From positions 1-17,812 of the forward strand of contig JAZDJU010000063.1 of assembly GCA_043803685.1 (NCBI GenBank): 17,812 nt of DNA. Reading direction: 5' to 3'. The stretch comes from Candidatus Omnitrophota bacterium. Lineage in GTDB: Bacteria; Omnitrophota; Omnitrophia; Omnitrophales; Aquincolibacteriaceae. The notes below the pieces were generated by a model. The model saw only the letters and a program-made list of their open reading frames with translations. It had not been told where the DNA came from and did no database searches. Numbering within the stretch: the first letter of the stretch is position 1; each line of letters opens with the position of its first letter. Shown piece by piece: positions 1 through 5,757 of this stretch. The translations under genes and the position numbers were made by a program.

Positions 1-1555
1 CGATCGTACTCGTCGTGTACTCCCCGGCCACGTTCACCTGAGAATTCACATTGAATATCGTCGAACTCGTCTGCGTCGCTGTCACCGTCGCCGTGTTGGA
101 TGCCACCGTTGTCCCACGACTCGAACTCACCACAGGACTCGCGAAAAACCTCGAAATATTGGCAAGATTGTAGACAGTCCCTGCCACCACGGGCGTATAA
201 CTCAATCCGTTCGTTATCACGTAAATCTTACCGCTCGTCCCACCCTGTGCCACATCCGACACCACGGTCACTGACGCAACACTTGACTCATTCAACGCGC
301 TGATATCAAAACTGAAATTCTGGTAACCCGTTGAAAGATTTGCCCAAAACTGGGACTTCGCACCTGTCGTATCCACCACCTCCACCTTCACTCGCATCAC
401 ACGGTCCGCCCTCAACGCCATCACCAACGGACTCCCAACATTCCCAGCCGTCCCCTGAAACACATTCGAACTATCGAAATAGCCCCACGAAATCTGCCCC
501 AACGCAAAGTCATCGTTCACATTATCTGCGTCAATTGCCGTTTCCGGTTCCACAGGTAGACTGTATTCAAATGAGAACTTCGTCGAATCATACTGCACAA
601 AATTGTTCGTCCCATTCGCACTCTGCCCAACATAGGTCGTCCCCAAACTCGCCCGGGACGCAGGAGTTGAAGATAACGCCGTGATCGCACTCGCCAAATA
701 CGTCGTCCCTACCACCGTCGTGGGTTCTGCCAAGCGGAACACTTTCCGATCTACAGATTCGTTATAAAGATCTTGGTCGGCGATAAAGGCGTTAAGGTCT
801 TTCCTGGCTTCGGTCTGATCCTTTTCACCAAGAGAATCCTTCACCTTCCTATTGAGCCTCTCGATATATTGCCCGTACGAATAAACTTCCCCCTCATTTA
901 GAAGCCCCGTATTGTCATAGGCATAGACGCCTGCCTCAGTGATCACATATTCTTCATCCCCCGCATGAGCGAGATCGAACTCGGAAGGCCCCGTCACTAA
1001 AGATCCTCCGGTATGCGTATGAGAAACAAAAGTCGCCTTCTCGAGCAACTGACTGGCTGCCGGTAAGATCCCGAGCTCATTTTCATTCCCGGAAGTAAAC
1101 AGAACGATCTCTCCATGAAGCACGATCACGCCGATTTCAAACGGAAGCTCCGCGAGCTTCCTCAGGTCTTCAGTCGTGATCTTTTTTACGATCACCGCTG
1201 TCGCAAATTCAGGCCTCAAAAGATCAAGCGCATCCTGAAAATCATAACGCTCATATTCATATGGAGAAATCTTGGGAGAAATAAAGGACTCCGGCGCCGT
1301 CTCAGGAACTTCCTGAGTGGCAGAAGACAAAGGACTTTGTTCATTCGACAGGAAATCCGTCGTTGTGGCAGGTTTGACCGTAGGGCCGACGAGGTCGGGT
1401 GAAACAGAAGTCGCCGCCACAACGGGTTGGTTGGGATTGGGCTGATATTCCCGCGGGAGAATCTCTCCCGCCGCAAAAACGATCTGATTAAAACAAAAGA
1501 TAAAAGCGGTGATTAATGCGATGGATTTAAGCTGAACGGAAAATGTGACTCTCAT
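1..1555 (-). CDS. Large secreted/surface protein, 5' part only (at least 518 codons, runs off the left edge): signal peptide, JAB/MPN+-like domain, then ~176-aa Ser/Thr/Val-rich repeats
   Basis: Translated by hand; absent from the ORF track because there is no stop in the window. ATG at 1555-1553 with SD GGGAGGAG upstream. N-terminus MRVTFSVQLKSIALITAFIFCFNQIVFA is signal-peptide-like. Frame is open to base 2. Motif FEIG...HTHTGGSLVTGPSEFD. Internal repeat GTxYxxxxIxxxxxxPxxxxSxGTT at residues 283 and 459. Confidence 0.9.
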   Translation of the reverse strand, partial: MRVTFSVQLKSIALITAFIFCFNQIVFAAGEILPREYQPNPNQPVVAATSVSPDLVGPTVKPATTTDFLSNEQSPLSSATQEVPETAPESFISPKISPYEYERYDFQDALDLLRPEFATAVIVKKITTEDLRKLAELPFEIGVIVLHGEIVLFTSGNENELGILPAASQLLEKATFVSHTHTGGSLVTGPSEFDLAHAGDEEYVITEAGVYAYDNTGLLNEGEVYSYGQYIERLNRKVKDSLGEKDQTEARKDLNAFIADQDLYNESVDRKVFRLAEPTTVVGTTYLASAITALSSTPASRASLGTTYVGQSANGTNNFVQYDSTKFSFEYSLPVEPETAIDADNVNDDFALGQISWGYFDSSNVFQGTAGNVGSPLVMALRADRVMRVKVEVVDTTGAKSQFWANLSTGYQNFSFDISALNESSVASVTVVSDVAQGGTSGKIYVITNGLSYTPVVAGTVYNLANISRFFASPVVSSSRGTTVASNTATVTATQTSSTIFNVNSQVNVAGEYTTSTI

Positions 1556-1974
1556 GATCTCCTCCCGATTTCTATTTTCCCGGCGTTTATTTTTTTGGCA
1601 CATCGCATCAGCCACCGCCCTCTTTCCGCATTTTTTAATTCTTCTTTTTTTGAAGATAGCAGATAGTTTAGCAATGGCATACGAAATAAAAGCTTATTTA
1701 AAGTCGTTATCCAGCTGGCGATAGATTTCTTCCTGCTAATGATAGACGCGCGAGAATTTTGCGACGCAACATGCTTTGTTTTATGCAAAGATGCTATGAA
1801 TTGATTGGAGAGCACCACTGAATCTGTCCCCAAAAAACTTTTTTTGAGCCAAAGAGACAGATACTCTTGAGATGGATTAGGGAAAGCGAAGTTGCCCCAG
1901 AGAATACGGACAAGAGGCAGCCCCGTACATAAGGAGCGAGTAGGGATATCAAACCGCGATTTTACAATAGCCAT
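1552..1974 (-). CDS. Possible hypothetical/leader ORF (140 aa)
   Basis: SD GAGGTG 5 nt before the ATG, and the stop overlaps the start of the large ORF (ATGA). No recognisable domain and the composition is not clearly protein-like. Confidence 0.35.
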   Translation of the reverse strand: MAIVKSRFDIPTRSLCTGLPLVRILWGNFAFPNPSQEYLSLWLKKSFLGTDSVVLSNQFIASLHKTKHVASQNSRASIISRKKSIASWITTLNKLLFRMPLLNYLLSSKKEELKNAERGRWLMRCAKKINAGKIEIGRRS

Positions 1975-2044
1975 CGAATCACCTCATTAAAAACGAACGT
2001 TTTCATTAATCGCTAAAATTCGGACCTTAAGCGACATCTTCCGT

Positions 2045-2107
2045 TCTGGCTGAGTGCTTCTTGGCTGAGTAAATTCACTTCGTACTGCGGCTGAGTGTAG
2101 GCTGAGT
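2045..2107 (+). repeat. Cluster of four GGCTGAGT direct repeats
   Basis: Exact octamer starting at 2048, 2063, 2089 and 2100. An inverted copy lies at 2361-2368 and extends to a 13-bp match (2045-2057 vs 2359-2371). Confidence 0.85.
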
Positions 2108-2164
2108 TAACTTAAATCTGTTTTTCAGAACTATTTATTTTTATCTGTCTGAAAGAACGAGCGG

Positions 2165-2193
2165 ACTATAACCACCCATTTTAAAATCGTCAA
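2165..2193 (-). promoter_or_regulatory. Sigma70-type promoter facing the large secreted protein gene
   Basis: Minus strand TTGACG (2193-2188), 17-bp spacer, TATAGT (2170-2165); each box matches consensus at 5 of 6 positions. Confidence 0.65.
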
Positions 2194-2476
2194 GTGTTTG
2201 TTCTAATTTTTTTTCTTCGCTACTTTAAAATTCCAGGCGTTTCCAATCAATCCCATCAATAAGCACATCACTTGTGCTATTCATACTGCCCTTACATTTT
2301 ACAAAACACCTTTGATCGGGCAGACTTTTGATAGAGAGGGCGGGAGGCTAGATAGCGCGCACTCAGCCAGAGACGCAACCACCAGGATCTTCGGCCGGAA
2401 GATCTTTTCGCCGCCCGCCTTTAAAATTTCTTTCGCACAGCTTCAAAAATTCAGAACAAGTCGGAATCTGTTCCAT

Positions 2477-2722
2477 TCAAATGATCCGCTGCCTGCTGAG
2501 GAACTTCGCTATCCTCTGCCTCTCCTGCTCCGTGAACACTGCCATGCCCCGCTCAGCGCTCTCGATGTCTTCGCAACTGACTCCCGCCCTTTCGGAAAGT
2601 TCGATCCTAGTGATCCCTCTCTCTTTGCGACGCTGACGAAGGTTTTCTCCGTACTCTTTTAGCATCTGATGACGGGGAATTCTTTTCGTTTCCTCTGTGG
2701 GCATTTCGCTTATCTCCATCAC
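2477..2722 (-). CDS. Small XRE/Cro-family helix-turn-helix protein
   Basis: YGENLRQRRKERGITRIELSERAGVSCEDIESAERG is a typical HTH_XRE pattern. A purine-rich SD (GGAAGGGAG) lies upstream. Start may be GTG 2722 or ATG 2719. Confidence 0.85.
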   Translation of the reverse strand: MMEISEMPTEETKRIPRHQMLKEYGENLRQRRKERGITRIELSERAGVSCEDIESAERGMAVFTEQERQRIAKFLSRQRII

Positions 2723-2746
2723 AGCGTCTCCCTTCCAAGAATATTA

Positions 2747-3220
2747 TTAAAACTTTTCCGAATTACCTGGATCGTCAATTTGTTCCCGCGTTCTAAACGC
2801 TTTCCGCTTACCAAAGAGTTCGTCAATGTGAAGAGTTTCCCGAATACTCAATAATCTCTCTCTTGCATTTAAACGTTCTCCCTCCCCCTGCGACGCAACA
2901 TAACACTTGATGGATATGGAAGCGTGAACCCACTGTGTCAGAACATCAACCGACATCCCCGAAAGTGATTGCCCGAGAAATTCATTCTGCCCCAGAAGAA
3001 GAGAAGATATGGTTTCTTTGGGCATTTGAAACTTCAGGGCATCACGTTCGAGAATGTTCAAAAGAAGCGTGGTCGTTTCATTAACAAAATAAAAAGTAGC
3101 GAGAGGAAAAACACGGTCTTCCCAGTGGACATTGTTGGTGTTTCTATCCAGATACGGAACGGCCCCTTGAGGTTCCTTCATCTCAGCATGCATGGAGTTC
3201 TTCCCCGAGCTCTGATTCAA
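2747..3220 (-). CDS. Hypothetical protein (157 aa), probable paralogue of 3311..3733
   Basis: Co-oriented ORF in an operon-like layout; shares VxxE-x5-LxxxYFxNxxTTLxxxI with its neighbour. Confidence 0.7.
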   Translation of the reverse strand: MNQSSGKNSMHAEMKEPQGAVPYLDRNTNNVHWEDRVFPLATFYFVNETTTLLLNILERDALKFQMPKETISSLLLGQNEFLGQSLSGMSVDVLTQWVHASISIKCYVASQGEGERLNARERLLSIRETLHIDELFGKRKAFRTREQIDDPGNSEKF

Positions 3221-3310
3221 CTTTATTGATCAGCTTGCGATACCGAAAGAACAGGCGGTAAAGTGCGGTACACCGCCGCGCGATCTTCTTGAAGGTCTTT
3301 TTTTGGATTT

Positions 3311-3733
3311 TCATATGCGCTCTCCTGTGATTTCTGATTTTGGGTTAATATCAAAAACCTCATAAAGTGACTGCATAAAACCAATCGCCCGACCTCTATG
3401 CGATGTTTTCACGTTAGGAATCTTCTGGAAAAATCGCTTGAGCCATACGAAGACCCGGCGATACCGCTTCTGCATTGAACCCGCAAGCATGTGGCGATAA
3501 AGATCATCCAAGAAACAGCACACCCCGTTTATGTCCCCCGTTTCGGGTTTATGCTGTTTGACTTGGATGAGAAAGATAAGGGTCGTCATCTTGTTGTTGA
3601 AGTACCTCTTGAACAACTGGCCGAGCAATTGCTCCTTCGACACAAGATGCCGGTCCCGCGGACCACGGATTGCCGTCCCTTTCACTTCTTGGCCCGCTCT
3701 TTCTTTGCTATCGCTTATTTTTAAGTCCATCAT
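3311..3733 (-). CDS. Hypothetical protein (140 aa), probable paralogue of 2747..3220
   Basis: SD-like GAGGA upstream and a candidate promoter at 3754-3782; shares the motif above with its neighbour. Confidence 0.7.
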   Translation of the reverse strand: MMDLKISDSKERAGQEVKGTAIRGPRDRHLVSKEQLLGQLFKRYFNNKMTTLIFLIQVKQHKPETGDINGVCCFLDDLYRHMLAGSMQKRYRRVFVWLKRFFQKIPNVKTSHRGRAIGFMQSLYEVFDINPKSEITGERI

Positions 3734-3753
3734 TCTGTTGTCCTCTGCTCAGA

Positions 3754-3881
3754 GGGATAGCATCACAAAATCGGAAGGGCAAGGTCTAGACGAAAAGTAA
3801 TTTTAAATTACCATTAAGGAAACTTGTTTATTGGGTAAAGGCGTGCTATCCTTCTTGGTAAGAAGATTAACGAATTCGTTA
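3754..3881. promoter_or_regulatory. Divergent promoter pair with two palindromic operator candidates
   Basis: Minus strand: TTGCCC (3782-3777), N17, TATCCC (3759-3754). Plus strand: TTGTTT (3824-3829), N17, TATCCT (3847-3852). Both have a TGn extension. Palindromes GTAATTT-T-AAATTAC (3797-3811) and TAACGAATTCGTTA (3868-3881). Confidence 0.55.
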
Positions 3882-3919
3882 TTTAAAATAACTATAACAC
3901 TAATAGACCGGAGGCGATC

Positions 3920-4561
3920 ATGTACGACGAGATGGGAAAAGACCTCGTGGAAAAGAAGATAGGCAAACGACCCGTTCGAGCACCCCAATGGGGGAAGGCC
4001 GTCCAGAGGTTGCTCAAACAAAAATCAGGCTCAAAACATCCCCTGCCCGTAAGCTGGCTTGCCCATAAAACGGGAATCAATGACAAGAACCTTCACAACC
4101 TCATCGGCGGAAGAGTAAGAGATATGTCTTCTGATAAGCTTGTTAAGATCTCAGACGCTTTTGGAATCTCGTTCTCTGAATTCGCAACACGGGCCATGGC
4201 CGAGAATGATGGGAATTTCTTCGTCTGTGGTTTCGACGAGAGAGGTGCCATCAATTACAGTCAACATGGCTTCACCATCCAGTCTTTAAGCCCACAAACA
4301 AACTCTCAGCGGGATTTCTTTTTCGGAAGGATGACTCTTAAACCATTCAAGGAACTTCGTAAATGGCAGTTCAGGCAAGATTCGACCGTGGCGATTTTTG
4401 TGGAATCAGGAACGCTTGAAATGACTTACGGAGATTTACCGACCAGAGAGATCTCTGCCAACGAATCTGCTTATTTTGATGCGGGAGTACCTCACAAGAT
4501 CAAAAACATTGATTCCATTGAGGCAAAACTGTTTATCGTGACCTCCCCTTCTATCTTTTAA
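3920..4561 (+). CDS. XRE-family HTH plus cupin-domain transcriptional regulator
   Basis: N-terminal HTH (WLAHKTGINDKNLHNLIGG...KLVKISDAFGISFSEF) and C-terminal cupin (VESGTLEM...ESAYFDAGVPHKIKN); SD GGAGG. Confidence 0.85.
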   Translation: MYDEMGKDLVEKKIGKRPVRAPQWGKAVQRLLKQKSGSKHPLPVSWLAHKTGINDKNLHNLIGGRVRDMSSDKLVKISDAFGISFSEFATRAMAENDGNFFVCGFDERGAINYSQHGFTIQSLSPQTNSQRDFFFGRMTLKPFKELRKWQFRQDSTVAIFVESGTLEMTYGDLPTREISANESAYFDAGVPHKIKNIDSIEAKLFIVTSPSIF

Positions 4562-5382
4562 ACCTTTTTTCTCAGAAGTTTGTGTCTAACGCATATTTTC
4601 TTGAGAACTTCGACAAGCTTTTCAAAATCTGTTGGCTTTGCAAAAATACGGTGCCCTAATTTTTTAGCCCGCTTCAGCTCTTCAATCCCATCAACCGCGG
4701 TAAATATTACGAAGTCTTTCGGAGAGCAACCTTCACCCGCCTTAAACCGCTCGATCAGCTCATCACCCCACATATAGGGCATCTTGATATCGATAATACC
4801 GATGTCTGGCTCAAACTCACGGGAAATACGTAACGCATCATCGCCTCGGAGCGCACACCGCACCTCAAAATGAGCGTCGCTAACATCTTCCACAAGAGCT
4901 GTTTTGAAAAAATCACAAACTTCTTCTTCGTCATCGACGATCAATATCTTGGCGCAAAGCTCATAGCCGGGCTCAACTTCAACAGGAACTTCTTCTTCAC
5001 CGTTGCTTTCAAAAACCCTCTCGATCACGATATCCAGCTCCTTCAAGCTGTACGGTTTTTTGATGAACGCTTCGATCCCCAAATCTTCGCATTCCTGTTC
5101 TCTATCACAAAAGGCGGTCAGAATAATCACAGGAAGCTTGGGATAATGCCTTCGAATGGACTTTAGCACTTCAATCCCCCCCATGCCGGGCATCTTCAGA
5201 TCGAGAATAACGAGGTTTATTTTTTCGCCGCATTCTTCGACAATTTTCAAGGCTTCCAACCCACTCCCGGCTGTTAGGGTTTCATAGCCGAGAGGTTGGT
5301 ATGTTCTCTTGAGAAACCAGAGCAAATCCTCCTCGTCATCAACAAATAATATTGTCCCCTTAATTCTAGGCGCATCCACCAT
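4558..5382 (-). CDS. Response regulator with two tandem receiver (REC) domains and no output domain
   Basis: REC1 motifs VDDE, LDLKMP, LTA, KKP; REC2 motifs VDDE, IDIKMP, FTA, AKP; SD AGGAGGAG. Confidence 0.92.
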   Translation of the reverse strand: MVDAPRIKGTILFVDDEEDLLWFLKRTYQPLGYETLTAGSGLEALKIVEECGEKINLVILDLKMPGMGGIEVLKSIRRHYPKLPVIILTAFCDREQECEDLGIEAFIKKPYSLKELDIVIERVFESNGEEEVPVEVEPGYELCAKILIVDDEEEVCDFFKTALVEDVSDAHFEVRCALRGDDALRISREFEPDIGIIDIKMPYMWGDELIERFKAGEGCSPKDFVIFTAVDGIEELKRAKKLGHRIFAKPTDFEKLVEVLKKICVRHKLLRKKV

Positions 5383-5394
5383 GTCCGACTCCTC

Positions 5395-5754
5395 CTATTT
5401 CCAATTTAACGCTTTTTCAACCGCTTCCCCGAGTTCCTTTAGGCCGCTCGGCTTGCTGATGCAGAATAAGACCCCGTTCTTTAATGCCTCTTCCTGAACA
5501 TCCTGATAGGCCGTCAGAAGTAGCATCTTCTGGGCAGGAGCCTTCGCGTGCACTTCTTTGATAACGGCAAGACCGCTGACCCCATCTTTTAACCGAACAT
5601 CAATAATAGCCACGTCGGGCTTCTCATTCAGAAGAAGAGAGATGGCTTCCTGCCCATATTGGGTTCTCAGAACTTTGTGCCCCAGATCTTCAAGGTACCC
5701 TCCCACAAAATCCAGAATATCCTCTTCGTCGTCAACTATCAGGACTTTTGCCAT
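5395..5754 (-). CDS. Single-domain response regulator (CheY-like)
   Basis: VDDE, IIDVRL, LTA and SKP motifs; 119 aa. Confidence 0.92.
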   Translation of the reverse strand: MAKVLIVDDEEDILDFVGGYLEDLGHKVLRTQYGQEAISLLLNEKPDVAIIDVRLKDGVSGLAVIKEVHAKAPAQKMLLLTAYQDVQEEALKNGVLFCISKPSGLKELGEAVEKALNWK

Positions 5755-5757
5755 GGA

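Noticed and set aside
100..1476. Track ORFs 100..303, 331..684, 1115..1402 and 1216..1476
   Set aside because: They are shadow or alternative frames of the long minus-strand ORF starting at 1555, which has an SD, a signal peptide and coherent domains.
2045..2107. GGCTGAGT cluster as a CRISPR array
   Set aside because: The repeats are only 8-9 bp with 3-18 bp gaps, and there are no cas genes.
2747..3733. Calling the two paralogues histidine kinase or phosphotransfer proteins
   Set aside because: There is no His at the H-box position, the spacing differs and there is no ATPase domain; kept only as a speculative remark.
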